From: Octopus sinensis
Lineage: Eukaryota
Reading direction: 5' to 3'
DNA length: 64,000 bases
NCBI RefSeq assembly: GCF_006345805.1
Contig: NC_043003.1
Location: forward strand, 18,848,001 to 18,912,000
Shown here: one piece after another, positions 12,499 to 27,182 of the stretch
Layout of the letters: every line of letters begins with the position of its first letter
Position numbering within the stretch: the stretch's first letter is position 1
Position numbers and translations under genes: made by a program
Notes under the pieces: model-generated
Database searches by the model: none
Told to the model about the DNA's origin: nothing
The model's input: only the letters and a program-made list of their open reading frames with translations

Positions 12499-15120
12499 CG
12501 TGCATATATATACATACACACACACATATCCATATACATAGAACCATATATATGTATATACATTCATATATATATAAATCCACATATATACAAGCATATA
12601 TATATTCACACCCATACATACATGTATTATATCTATACATGTACACATGTATATATATATACGTCCATATATATACATCTATATATATATATGCATACAT
12701 ATACACACATCTATATATATGCATATATACATACATATGTACATATACACATCCATATATATATACATGCATACATATACAAGCACAAATACACACACAC
12801 ATATACGCATATAGACATGTACATGTATATGTATACACATGGATATATATATACATGGTTATACATATACATGGATATAAATACATATATATATATATAC
12901 GTGTGTATATATGCATGTATATACATGTGTATATCTATATATATACATATACATGCATATGTATATACATATATATGTATACACACATGCATATACATAC
13001 ATGTATATATATATGCACATGTATATATACATTTACACATAAGTATACATACATATATATATATACACACATATTCATAAATGCATATATATACATGCAT
13101 ATACATACATATATATATACATATATATACATGCATATACATACATATATATATACATGCATATATATATACATATATATACATGCATATATATATACAT
13201 ATATATACATGCATATACATACATATATACATGCATATACATACATATATATACATGCATATACATACATATATATACATGCATATACATACATATATAC
13301 ATGCATATACATACATATATATACATGCATATACATACATATATATACATGCATATACATACATATATATACATGCATATACATACATATATATACATGC
13401 ATATACATACATATATATACATGCATATACATATATATATATATATACATGCATATATATACATGCATATACATATATATATATATATACATGCATATAT
13501 ATATATATACATGCATATATATATATACATATATATACATGCATATATATACATATATATATACATGCATATATATATATATATACATGCATATATACAT
13601 ATATATACATGCATATATATACATATATATATACATGCATATATATATACATATATATATACACATATATATATACATGCATATATATATACATATATAT
13701 CTTCATGCATATATATACACATATATCTTCATGCATATATATACACATATATCTTCATGCATATATATACACATATATATTCATGCATATATATACTTAT
13801 TCATATACATGCATATATATACTTATATATTTACATGCATATATATATATACATACATGCATATATATATATACATACATGCATATAATATATATACACA
13901 CATGTATATATATATACATATGCATATAATATATATACATATGCATATAATATATATATACACATGCATATAATATATACATATACACATGCATATATAC
14001 ACACATATATATACATGCATATACATATATCTATGTGCATACATATACTTATATATATATATATGCATATATACACTTATATATACATGCATATATATAC
14101 TTATCTATATAAATGCATAAAATATATATATACACATGCATATATATTATGTATATATATATGTATTTATATATACATATATGTATATATATATATAGGT
14201 ATACACACACACACACCGATAGTGAAGCAACTCAAGGTAGTTTCTTCTACAATAGCTCCAGGCCAGTAAAGATGTGTGAATCGTGAGATAAGAAACTAAA
14301 TGAAGCATATTATGTGTATGTGTATGTATGTGTGTATATATATATATATACATACACACACACACACGAGTATATATATATACATACCTACATACATACA
14401 CACTTATGTATACATATACATACACACACTTATGCACATACACTTGAGTATATATATATATACAATGTCCAACCCATACAAATATGGTACAAGGACATTA
14501 AAATATAATGAAATACACGTACAAATACACATATACATGCACACCAAAAGAAATGTATACATATAAACATGTATACACACACATAATCACATATATAAAT
14601 AATTACTCGTATACATTCAAATGCATATACATATATAAATACACACATTTGTAATATATATATGTAAATATATATATTAAACATACATTTATCCAAACTC
14701 ATACACACACGGCCACACAGGTAAATACTTAAAAAATATTCGCATACATACCTATATACATACATGTTTATATATGTTTTATAAACATATATTTTCTATA
14801 CATATACAAAGAATATATATATACACGCATTTAACATATGCATACTCACACAGACCCACATACAAACATGCATTCATGGAAACCTATATACATATATGCA
14901 TTAAACAAGCATATATATATGTATATATATGTATGTATATATATATATATATACACACACATAAAATCGTGTTTGTGTGTGTGTATAAAACAAATGTTCA
15001 CACACACGTATACACATATATGCATCAATATATACTTACACAAATACATATATAAATATAGATACACGCACACACATTTCTGTGTGTATACATACATATA
15101 TATTTGTGTGCATAATATAT

Positions 15121-15168
<48 letters not shown>

Positions 15169-16520
15169 TTATATATATATACATATATATAGTAATACAC
15201 ACACACATACATGCACATATATGTACGTATACATACACATAAGTATAAACACACACAATATATATGTATGTATTTTTGTGTTATATACTGATATACTTCA
15301 TCAAATCTATTACAGACAAAATATTCTTAATACAACCATTGCGATATTCAAATTCCCAACGAAACATCAGAAACGAATTAGTAGGAAAAACGTCATTTTT
15401 ACATGTAGGTGCATATATAAGCAACAATCACAAGACAACAGACATAAGACTTTACTCTCGCCACTGTTCTATGTTACTAATTGAAATAATCAATTTGAAT
15501 AGGCCTGAGAAATAATACCACATTCAAAGACAATTATTAAAAGCATTATTTATTCAGAAAACAGATTGTGTGTGTTTTTTTTTTCTCTTCTTGTTCAATA
15601 TTCGTTTTCTTCAATTTGATTATAGTATTTATTATATGACATTGTAATATATCCGAGTCCATTTTTCCTGACTGAGAGAGAGAGAGATGAAACGAACAGC
15701 ATTCGTGTATCAACATTAATAATCTTAATTTTAGCCATCGTGAATTCATTATACTCTGTATACACACACACACATAGAGAATTTTATAAATATAATTTAA
15801 TATATTGAATCAGGACTTCTATGGCACATTTTTATATAAATATATACCGTTATATAATACATTATATGCACATATATGTATAATATATATATGCATACGT
15901 TTATATATATATATATATGCATATATATATATACTTACGTTTATATATATATATGCATATATATATATATATATACATACGTTTATATATATATATATGC
16001 ATATATATATACATACGTTTATATATATATATATGCATATATATATATACATACGTTTATATATATATATATGCATATATATATATATACGTTTATATAT
16101 ATATGCATATATATACATACGTTTATATATATATGCATATATATACATACGTTTATATATATATATATACACACATAATTAAAATTATATAATACATATA
16201 ATATACATGCACGTACATTTATAATATATACACATGCATTTATATATATATATATATAGCTGAAAAGATGCATATATATAGATACATGTATTTGCTTATA
16301 CCCATACATCCAAATGCGTATGTATGTATATATATATAAAATATTTTCATGCATGCATATACAAACATAAGAGTGTATAGGTATATAAACGTTTACAAAT
16401 ATAAGTAGTATATAAAATATTTTTATACGTGCAACCACACACATGCATATATATATATATATAATTATATAATTTAAAATATATTTACACACACATATGA
16501 ATGTATATGCACACACACTC

Positions 16521-16587
<67 letters not shown>

Positions 16588-18238
16588 CTCCATCCTTCCC
16601 CAGAATTCCCTCAGACAAGCAACAAGTAGATCTCTTAGATCTCTTGAATTTCTGCAGCTTCTTTGGAGAGAAATTGGATCCAAATGTTGTCCAAGGTTTT
16701 ATAGAATCAAACGTCATTTCGACAAATCGATGACAGAATATGAAGATGACTAAGGCAACAACCGCACAAGAAATTTCAACACGGAACATATTTACACCAA
16801 AAAGAAGAACAATCCCACTACGAATTTAATATATTCTGAATAACTTTGCTTGCTCTCTATACTGATATCGGTATATATGTATTTATTGGTCAAGTAGATT
16901 TATAATACATACATATATATATAATATATATATATATATACAATTGATCTCAGTGATGTAAATGAGATTTTTGCCTTTCTTATCTTTTCTTTTCCCGTTT
17001 TTTTTTTTCTTTCTTTCATTTTCTTTTTTTTTTTTTGCGGAAGAATGCTTAGGCACCGGCAATAGAGATACATATATATATTTTAAAAGTACAATTACAC
17101 ATCATCGATGACCTCAAGAGATATCCTATTTAACGAAAGGGAAAAAAAATATACTTAGACTACTGCGATCTTGCAGCTTTTTTGATGTGAGCAAGGAGGG
17201 GAGAGTATACTATGTTGTAGCTAATTCTATAATGCATGCTGGCTTCAGTAGTGCTACCAATGAGATCACTGACCCAGTGCAATGATACTGCATACTGATT
17301 GATTACTAAGGGATCACAGCCTCATATATATATACATACATATATATAATTACACACACAATTTATATCTACCCATCGACATATAGCTAGGTGTGCGTGT
17401 GTGCGTATTAAATATATATATATACCTACATATATATATAATTATATATATATAATATATATACACATATATATTATATATATATACATATATATATAAT
17501 ATATACATACATATATATATAATATATACATACACATATATATAATATATACATACACATATATATATAATACATACATACACATATATATATAAAATAT
17601 ACATACATATATATAAAATATACATACACATATATATTATAATATATATATACATATAATATATATATAATATACATATATATATATACATACACATATA
17701 TATATAAAATATACATACATATATATAAAATATACATACATATATATAAAATATACATACATATATATAAAATATACATACATATATATAATATATACAT
17801 ACATATATATAATATATACATACACATATATATAATATATACATACACATATATATAATATATACATACACAAATATATAATATATACATACACAAATAT
17901 ATAATATATACATACACAAATATATAATATATACATACACATATATATAATATATACATACACAAATAGATAATTATATATATATATAATATATACATAC
18001 ACAAATAGATAATTATATATATAATATACACATATATAATATATAATATAATATATACATATATAATATATACATATAATATATACATACACATATAATT
18101 ATATATATATATAATATATACATACACATATATAATATATATATATATTACATAGTTATATATACAATATATACATATATATGTACACATATATAATATA
18201 CATATATATGTATGCATATATATATACATATATATGTA

Positions 18239-18295
<57 letters not shown>

Positions 18296-19428
18296 TACAG
18301 AGAGAGAGAGAGAGAGAGAGAAAGAGAGGGATGGAGGAAAAGATATTAACAAAAATTCAAGCATCTCATCAGGTGCGAAGATTTCACGAACATTAGAAAT
18401 TGTGAAAATTAATTATATCACATACACAACTTCATTTCATGTGTGTGTATGCACAATTGGCATAGACATATAGATATTGTATATCTGAACATATCTACGT
18501 TATATATACACACATATATCTATATAACCGAAGTAAATGCTCTCGCTCGAAATCCAGGAACATTAACTTTGAAAATATGATCAAGGTATTATAATTTTAT
18601 GAGAGAATGTTGACGGAAACGTTGAGAATAGCAGTTACCCAAGAGGAATACACACACGCGCACATACACACGTATATATATATATATTCCTACTACATAT
18701 ATATATCAACTGACCTTAACAAGTGTAAACAAAAAGAAAAAGAATATAAATGAAAGAAGAAAACGAAAACGCATACTTAATAGGAGTTATAAAAAGGGGG
18801 ATCTTTTTATTTATTTATATTTCTTCGTAATTTTTCCGGAAGAAATACTTGAATGGTATAAACAACAGCGAGGGTGGATGATATAGCAAGACAACGTTTG
18901 AATGTACAGCAGCACCGATCGAAGCACTCCATATCTCTTACAAGAATCATTAACATTTAACACACACACACACATCAGTACAGTGAGAGACAGGTATCCT
19001 CTAAAATCGACCCCTGATATTGTAATCACCGTATCTCTGTACTTTCTACTGACTCATTTGCTAACCATACATGTGCTTCTCTGGGTGTTCTTTAAGTCTT
19101 TTTCTAACTGGGGGGTTACCCTTAGCATCTTTCATATAAAACTTAACAGAACTTCCGGCGTTAATCAATTCTTCTTCTTAATTCTCCATCATTACAACAC
19201 ATCGTTAAAATCCTTCAACACCCAAGAATGCATATAGTTTTTTTTTTTAGGTGTTTTTTTTTTACATTTTTAAAGCTATTCTAACTGTCATTTCGTTAAT
19301 TTATACAAAATGGCGACGGTATTCCGTGCCCAGTGTCAACTCGAATTCTTAGGTTGGTCCGCATTTACAAGACAAAAAAAGCGGCAGCATCGCCAACTAG
19401 AAACGTATTAAATGACATATCATCTTAC

Positions 19429-19668
19429 CTGAGGGGTGGTGGCTTGCAACTGTTTTTGAAATGCGTCCCTTTCTCTTTCAACTTCACCTAGTTTTGCTTG
19501 GCCTAGACTGTAAGCTTCTTGGGTCTCACGTAAGGTTTCCATCAACTTGTCGCGCTCGTCCAACATGTTAACCATAAGCTGTTCGAAATTAGCATCATCT
19601 TGAGCACCCTGAGCTTCCCGGTCATTCGACCCATCTTCCGAAATCGTTGGCATCACGTCACACATCAT
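19429..19668 (-). CDS. PPFIA1: Liprin-alpha (PPFIA/SYD-2 family), first coding exon, 80 codons, phase-0 end
   Basis: Translation MMCDVMPTISED...DANFEQLMVNMLDERDKLMETLRETQE...LGEVERERDAFQKQLQATTPQ matches the conserved liprin-alpha N-terminus (LH1 coiled coil). Start context is CAAAATG. The exon ends CAG|GTAAGA (donor 19423-19428 on minus). The symbol denotes the family; the invertebrate gene is not specifically orthologous to paralogue 1. Confidence 0.95.
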
Positions 19669-20627
19669 TTTGAATGCTTTATATTATGAAGAACTCTACA
19701 CACGATAAATTTAAGGGGAAAATATCCGAATGAAATGGCTCTTTTGGTTTTCTAATCCTTTTTTAAATATCTTCTCTCTTTTAAAAAGTAAAAATTCCTA
19801 CTAACCACCACCACAGGGAAAGATCATACACAAACTGTTGTTATAATTCTAGGTAAAACACACACTCCACAGAGATCCGCCTACGTTTATCCATATTTTC
19901 TGCAACATAAAATCCTAATCTTTCCGTTTAGATATGTCATGAAAATGTACATCTCTCTCATCTCAAGTTTATGTGACAAGAATCGTTGAGAATCATACTG
20001 AGGGGCTCCGGTGTCCTTCCCAGAGAGGGCAGTAACAGTTATCCCTCACACAGAAACCCTTTCGGAAGCCATTTTCCTCCCTCATAAACTGTGTCATTCC
20101 CACAATGCATCAAAATAGCCTCTAGTTCGATTTTTTGCCACTTGATGGCGTTATTCATAATGTTGCATTATGAATATGCTGTTCACCCGGCGCCTAGTAT
20201 TATCTCAAGACCAGAGAATAGAATACTATACAACCGATGCATAAAATTTTTGCCTTTTCTTCATATATATACAAACGATTTTATAAATGATTTTTTTCCC
20301 GTTATTCAGTAATATTTTTAATTTATTTTGTTTTAAATTAGGAGATAATTTTTAATAATTATTTTTGAAATTATTAATATTTTTCATTCTGACTAACCAG
20401 TTATACTGCGCTGTGTAATGTAATCCGTTCGAATCAATTTCCTTGAAGATTACATGTACACAGGAAGCCTGTTGGATAGCAGTGTAAAAGTGCCGTCTTA
20501 TTAGCAATTGAGGCGTAACTAGCCGTGTTTCATCACATTATGGAAGTTGTCTGTCTATCGAATGACTTACAATAAATTCGAACAGCATTAATTGCCGTGA
20601 GGTCATGTTTTGCACCAACATGTGGAA

Positions 20628-20688
20628 ATGTCAAAAGAGTTCAAGAAAGAGCTAAAAAATAAAAAACGAAGGGATGTCCTTTTAACAG
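20628..20688 (+). CDS. Candidate first exon (coding or uORF) of a divergently transcribed gene
   Basis: GAAATG start, open frame MSKEFKKELKNKKRRDVLLT, then a perfect donor CAG|GTAAGT (GT at 20689), phase 1. No homology recognised. Confidence 0.35.
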
Positions 20689-23600
20689 GTAAGTAACACT
20701 TGGAAAACACACCGTACGTACCCGTGAACCCAGTAAAGCTTATGTTTATTATTACCAAACCATCATTCGGTGTTTACAATTTTTATCGTCGTTCAACTTC
20801 GTTTTAAACATTTGTTTTATAATTTACAAGTAATATACTCCCATCATCTTGCTTTATATTACACTACCGTTCTGTTATTGGGTCTGTTTATTGGGTCAAG
20901 AACTTCATTTATTTTCATTAAAGGTATACGTGTCCGTTTCGGTTGCCCTGCCAATGTGACAAATTGGTCCTCGGATTTTTTATGTGTTTATATTTAATCT
21001 TGTTAATTATAAATTTACGAAAATTAACCCTTCTATCCCCGTGGAACTGGTATTTGTTGAATATCCGCTGCAACTGTTGATGGCTTGCATAGGATAACGT
21101 ATCGAAAAATTTCCCGCTTAATAACTAATTGATTTTTATGCTTAATAATTAGGTTCCGTTACATATATACATGTAGGTGTGTTTATATGTAAAGTTTCAG
21201 AAATCTATTCTTTGTTTCTTGAACTAAAAAAATAACTGTTTATTCTCTTACACTATTGTTTCTTGGGACGATACGACACACCTTAAGGAACTTAAATTGT
21301 TGACGTGGTATGCAATACATCTATTTGTATCTTTTCGCAACAGACGGTCAACTTTGAAATAAAGTGAATTTGTTCTTTTGGGTTCAACTTTTGTTTTCTT
21401 TTTTAATTAACTCAAATTCTTCCGATCCTCGTTTTTAATTTAACTCTTAAAACTCACGATCAAATCTTATAAACTATTATTACGTATCCAAATACCTCTT
21501 TTTCTCCTCTCCCCGTTATCTATATATATATATATATAATATAATGTTTGTGTATATAATTTTGGTGTTGTTCCTTTTTACTTGAGCTAAGACTTAAGTG
21601 TTAGAATTCAAAGAATTCTATCGTGTTGCACTGTGACAGTCGTTCCAAACACACGTATCCTGCCTAACTTTTGTATTTTATGATTTTATTGCATACGGTA
21701 ATGTGTCAAAAAATGTCTTCATACATGCATAACCTGATCACAGACAATTCCTTTACATCTAGAACAAGTTTCAAAACAACGGATCTGTCATATTTTCGAA
21801 CTGTGGACGGTGTATTCTTTGATTAACGCTGATATTTAAAAAGAAGCCTTGCTTGCATATGTTTGTAATCAAACAATTGTTAATTACAGTTCAAAGGTAT
21901 CGCTTGATTCTGAAATTTCTTATTGGGCTGTCTAAATAAGTTTAAAATTATGTTTCTTGTTCGCCCCATGTAGAACTGGAAAAGGTTCCATTTCAGTATG
22001 TCTATGCAAATTTAAATTATTCTATAATTCTTTGTACTATAGGCAAAGGCCTGAAATTTTAGGGGAAGGGGCTATTCGATTACATGGACCCTAGTGTTCA
22101 GTTGATACTCATTTTATCAACCCGAAAGGATGATAGGCAAACTTCGCCTAGAGGAACTTATGGGCATTGGTTTGCATAGTTTCGCTTTATGAAAATTTGA
22201 AATACTGTCGTTTCAGGAGTTTTTTTTATATAAGGATAAATATATATATATTTAAATTATTATATACTTCAAGATGCAAACGAAATTATTCTGATGCGTT
22301 TATATATATATATATTGTCCCTGGTGGTTGTTTGAATTAAAAACATGTTCTTTATCAAATGGTGAGAAATCCCGAAAGAATGTTTCTGTAGAATTCCTAA
22401 TGATGATGCTCCAATTTTTGTTTTAAAGATAAAAACAGCACCAAACATGCAAAAGTACATGTTGTATACATATATATTATATGGAATCTTCCCAGTCATC
22501 ATTTCAATCGGAACCGTTAGAAAGTGAAAGTGCATGCAATGCTAAAACTTTGGTCATTCACATGAGTTTCATTATTGAATGTACATTATTTTACTCGTAA
22601 TTCCGCAACAGAAAACCTAGAAAATATTTTCATTTCGTAGCGAAAAAAAACACGTCCTGTTATTCGTAACTGATTTTCTTTTCTTTTTACTAACATGTTA
22701 ACTTGCATCTACATTGCACGCACCTATGCTCTGTAGTGTGAGATTCCAGTTTTTATAAATACCATTTTTTTTTTCACCAGTTGCTATTTCAAGAGCTAGC
22801 AACTGGTTAACATCGACGAGTCATAACTTAACATATACCAACTACATATGTTCATTTTATAGATTGTTCAGTCACCAATATTGTGATCGTTACAATCACA
22901 TGGAACATACATTATCAGTCATTATTAACATTTTGGTATCGTATTTTCTTTCGTTGGTGAGAGAATCGACCACCTGGTGTTTTTATTTTATTTTAATCTA
23001 TTTTTTAACTATATTCTTTGAGTTCGAAACTCACTTTTTAAGTGAAATGAGTTTATATGCCTCAATCAAATTGAGGGATTTTATATAATGCCCACTAAGT
23101 GTTACATATTACTGTGGAGCTGGGGATGGGGGGGGTCTTAATTTGCTTAATGTCATGTGATGAGTTCCTACAGAATATACGGAAACTACAATAGCAATGG
23201 GCATTGCATGTATTTACAAAGTATAAAACTCCAATAGTACGTGTTGTTTTTTTTCTTTTTCTTTTCCAGTTTTGTCCCAAACTCTTTTGTAGTTTTAATG
23301 AACATGAGTGTATTATTGGTTATTTATTAACATCGGAGAAATAAAGACTAGGTCAAATGTTACAGGGTTTCAATTATAGTCAGTGATCATCGTTATGGTT
23401 CCTACCACGAGTCTCAGGGGTTCATAAACGCTGCTGCTTATTATCAAATTCAGTTTCAACCTGGATAGGGCACCAGTCTATCTACTGCAAGAACTTAGAA
23501 ATTTTGAAGCCTATTACTCATAGTTAGATAATCTGAGGTATGAAAAATAATATAACATTGTCAGAATCATAAAATAACTACAAGAGATGTGAACTTGCAA

Positions 23601-23971
23601 CCTTCTCCTTTTGATCATTTCATTTCTGTGACAGTGGTGCACCAAACTGATTATGTAAAAGTTCCTGGTCATATATTTTCCTGTATTGGCCACTTTCACC
23701 CATCACCCTGTAGTAAAAAAAAATATAAACTGCATCCATTATGACATCAGCTTGTTACTCTTAATGACTTAGAATTCCACCAACTTCAACCTGAATATGA
23801 TGCTCCTGCATGGCCACTGACTAGTGACTAAAACAAAAGATATACCACAGCTGTAGTTTTTTGAGTTGTCACTCAAATACTATTATCATGCTTGCCATGT
23901 CATGCTTTTCACTCAACAATATATTCAGTCGATGACTTCCATTTCCCAGGGAAAATGTGTTGTACCCATCT

Positions 23972-24290
23972 ATCTTTTCTTTTCTTTTCTTTTTCCGCCC
24001 TTTTCAAGCCTAGCCAGACTCATGGGCCCGGTTTCTGTTGCGTATGTGTTCCCTCCAAGCTGGACGGGACACCAGTCCATTGCAGCGTTACTCAAGAAAC
24101 AGGAAGAAAGAGTGAGAGAAAGTTGTGGCGACAGAGTACAACAGGGGTCGCCACTACCCCCTGCCGGAGCCTTGTGGAGCTTTACGTGTTTTCGCTCAAT
24201 AAACACACACAATGCCTGGTCTGGGAATCGAAACCACAATCCTCTGACCGCAAGTCCACTGCTCTAGCCACTGGGCCATTGCGCCTCCAC
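23972..24290 (-). mobile_element. tRNA(Arg)-like SINE, family C
   Basis: Minus head GGAGGCGCAATGGCCCAGTGGCTAGAGCAGTGGACTTGCGGTCAGAGGATTGTGGTTTCGATTCCCAGACC has A and B boxes. Homologous copies at 33412-33565, 42017-42318 and 63236-63362. Confidence 0.85.
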
Positions 24291-24367
24291 ATACCCCTCT
24301 ATATGATGCAGATATTCATTGAACTTTGTATTCTCACCACAGCCACAAACAAAATCAAATGCAGTGA

Positions 24368-25250
24368 TCATCATCATTACCATCACTGTTTAACATCCGC
24401 TTTCCTTGCTTGCATGGGTTGGATGGTTTGACTGAAAACTGGTAAACCAGGGGGCTACACCAGGTTCCAATCTGATTTGGCAACGTTTCTACAGCTGGAT
24501 GCTCTTCCTGATGCCAACCACTCCAAGAGTGTAGTGGGTGCTTTTTACATGCCACCAGCACGGATGCCATTGACCTGATACCAGTATCAGCCACAACTAC
24601 AGTCTCACTTGGCTTGATAGATCAACACAGGCACAGTATATTACCAAGGGTCTTGGGTACCTGTCCCCGCTTCCATGAGGCTCAATGCCCAAACAGTGCT
24701 TTTTACATGCCACCATCATGAGTGCCAGTCAGACAGCACAGGCATTGGCCACAACTACGATTTCACTCAGTTTGACAGGTCTTTAGAAGCACAGAATATC
24801 ACCCAACCATTGAAGGGTGCTTTTAACAGGCCAGTTATGCGACACGCATCGGCCACAACTATAATCTCACATGGTTTGATGGGTCTTCTCAAGCATGGCA
24901 TATCTTCAAAGGTCACAGTCACTTACCATTGCCTCTGTGAGGCCCAATATTCAAAGATCGTGCTTCACTAGCTCATCTCATGTCTTCTTGGGTTTACTTC
25001 TTCCACAGGTTCCCTCCACTGTTAGGGTGTGACACTTCTTCACACAGCTGTTCTCATCCACACACATCACATAACCATACCAACCCAGTCGTCTCTCTTG
25101 CACACCGCATCTGATGCTTCTTATGCCCAACTTTTCTCTCAGGACGCTTACACTCTGTCATGCATGCACACTGACATTACACATCCAGCGGAATATACTA
25201 GCTTCATTTCTTACAAACCTATGCATGTCCTCAGCAGTCACAGCCCATGA
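24368..25250 (-). mobile_element. RTE-clade LINE, 5'-truncated: ORF C-terminus plus family B 3' UTR
   Basis: Minus translation ...RWMCNVSVHA*QSVSVLREKLGIRSIRCGVQERRLGWYGYV...VEGTCGRSKPKKT*DELVKHDL*ILGLTEAM is a typical RTE C-terminus. It ends in a (GAT)n tail. Confidence 0.85.
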
Positions 25251-25469
25251 TTATAATTTTGCAGAAAAGTAATTGTACCTTGTATATTTGCTCTTTATCA
25301 GTTTAACTCCTTTATATTAACATTTGACACACTTGGTTAGTTAATAATCATGTTTTTTTTATTTCTTAAGTTAGATTACAGATGAACCATGAAATATTTG
25401 GTGGATCCAGCTTAATGAAAATGAAAACATTACACTGAACATTTAATAATATCTAACCTGCACTCTCTT

Positions 25470-25810
25470 AGCCTTAGTTGCTCCTATACAGCTGACCTGC
25501 CATTAAGATACCTCCAATCATCCCTGTTTCCAACATAGTCACCTGCATCTTACCAGGTGATGCTAAGTTGTTTCAGATCTTCTTTGAAAATGACATGCCA
25601 TATTTTCTTGAGTCTCCCTCCCTTCATCCTTCACGTAGTACCCATTGTATAGCTGTTTTGGGGATTCGTTCTTCCGGTAGTCGGAAAACATGACCTGCCA
25701 GTCTTGCTCCTCTTTCTGCCACAATCTCCTGCAAGCTATGCAGATTGGCTCGTCCCTAGACTTCAGAGTTTGCAGTTCTGCCCCTGTAGGAGATTTTGAA
25801 CATTCTGCTG
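25470..25810 (-). mobile_element. Second RTE-like LINE 3' fragment
   Basis: Minus translation LQEIVAERGARLAGHVFRLPEERIPKTAIQW...KKIWHVIFKEDLKQL..W...RDDWR. Confidence 0.75.
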
Positions 25811-26934
25811 TCCACTATTTTTCATTTCTTAATTGTTTGATTTTGTAAGAAAACTTTTCTGGTTGGAAAACACCTACTTTTAGCAAGGTGAATACTTTTA
25901 CTCTCTTGGAGGCCTAGTAGTGCCTGGTACATCCCTTATACAGCTAACATCCACAACTGCCAAATCCCATGTGGTTGACACCTACAACATCTGGAGGAAA
26001 TCACCATTACAAAATCTCCACTAAGAAAGCAAAGGATACATTTATGCATGACATGGCCTGCAAGCCCTACCACTTCTTACAGTTGTTCCTTGGTAAAGTT
26101 CTCAACTAAGTTTGCAAAATCCTATTTGCTAGTCTTTAATCAAAATAAGTTTGTTAGCAGCGCACCTGTAGCTAGAGCCACTATATTCACTGATCACTTA
26201 CATATAAATTCCTGCTACACACCTTGATCAATGCACCTCCCAAACTTCTCTTCCTGGTAGCTTCCTCCTCATCTGTATACAGTGAACAAGTTATATCTAG
26301 TAATGTGTATTGAGTGTCTCCCCTTAAGCTGCTTCTACTCTCACCAAACACATCCTTTCTGATCTGGATAGCTACCACTTTATTTTCCTCATTTCCTTTA
26401 TCTCAAAGGTGATATAAATTATTGTAAATGGCCTTTGCCCTTATCACCTACACATTAGAAAAAAGGCAGTTAGAATCTTCATAAACTTTAATTATGCTAA
26501 GTGTCACAATCTTTGATGGCCTTTCATTATGATAACATACCATTAACAGACAGAATTGCATCTAAAAGACCAGACCAGGGATTACCTCAAGTCTGAGCAG
26601 TTATGGACCCTCTACAAAAGTACAAGTTCAACCACAGAGTATTGTTCACACATCTAGCTTGGGTGGTTTTAAGTTCCTATTTAAAATAGGTTATATGACA
26701 GATTTTAGAAAAATAAATTTTAATGGCTTAGTCACAGGAAGCAGTTCAGAAACTTTTGGAGACCTCCAAAACCAGTAAGACCTTTTCCATAGACTTGCAA
26801 CAGTGGAATCTGCTAATCAAACTGAAGGACCTGATGGTAGGGTCAGATGTTAACTTCTTAGCATACCACTACCACATACTCATTGACATGCTGCATCATC
26901 CTCTCTCTCTCTCTCTCTCTTTTTTTCTTAGACC

Positions 26935-27182
26935 ATCTCTGCAACAGCTTCTTGTTTCTTTACTACCCACAAGAGGCTACACACAGAGGGGACAAACAAA
27001 GACAGACAAACAGATTAAGTCGATTATATCAACCCCAGTGCATAACTGATACTTATTTAATCGACCCCAAAAGGATGAAAGGCAAGGTTGACCTCAGTGG
27101 AATTTGAACTCAGAACGTAGCGTGAGACAAAATACTGCTAAACTTTTCACCCAGTGTGCTAACGATTCTGCCAGCTCGCCGA
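26935..27182 (-). mobile_element. SINE family D
   Basis: Minus head GGCGAGCTGGCAGAATCGTTAGCAC...GAGTTCAAATTCC and core CTTGCCTTTCATCCTTTTGGGGTCGAT. Confidence 0.8.

Larger units (their letters stand above)
10308..18325. repeat. ~8 kb compound microsatellite/minisatellite field ((TA)n, (TG)n, TACA, with 12- to 24-mer and longer higher-order units), with unique islands
   Basis: Direct reading: ATATATACATCT x7 (~12235-12305), ATACATGCATATACATACATATAT-type arrays (13090-13680), ATACGTTTATATAT..GCAT (15890-16160), ATATACATACACATATATATA (17480-18130). Confidence 0.95.
1..19428 (-). other. Intron of liprin-alpha following the first coding exon (>19.4 kb, runs off the window)
   Basis: Canonical GTAAG donor at 19428. 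No next liprin-alpha exon (EF...KELN...REQLLE-type) was recognised downstream within the window. Confidence 0.75.
18500..21500. promoter_or_regulatory. CpG-retaining, TE-free promoter-like region, possibly bidirectional
   Basis: CG dinucleotides are visibly more frequent than in flanking unique DNA and there are no SINEs. It has an ETS-like ACTTCCGG (19151-19158) and YY1-like AAAATGGCG (19307-19315) and GCCATTTT (20068-20075), and it surrounds the liprin-alpha start. Confidence 0.5.

Noticed and set aside
11600-18400. Dozens of long ORFs (up to 473 aa) rich in Y/I/H/T/M/C/V
   Set aside because: They are translations of (TA)n/(CA)n-derived satellites that lack stop codons by composition and are open in several frames on both strands.
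26187-26378. Minus ORF with GTAAGT near its end
   Set aside because: No recognisable homology or acceptor; probably a decayed TE or chance.
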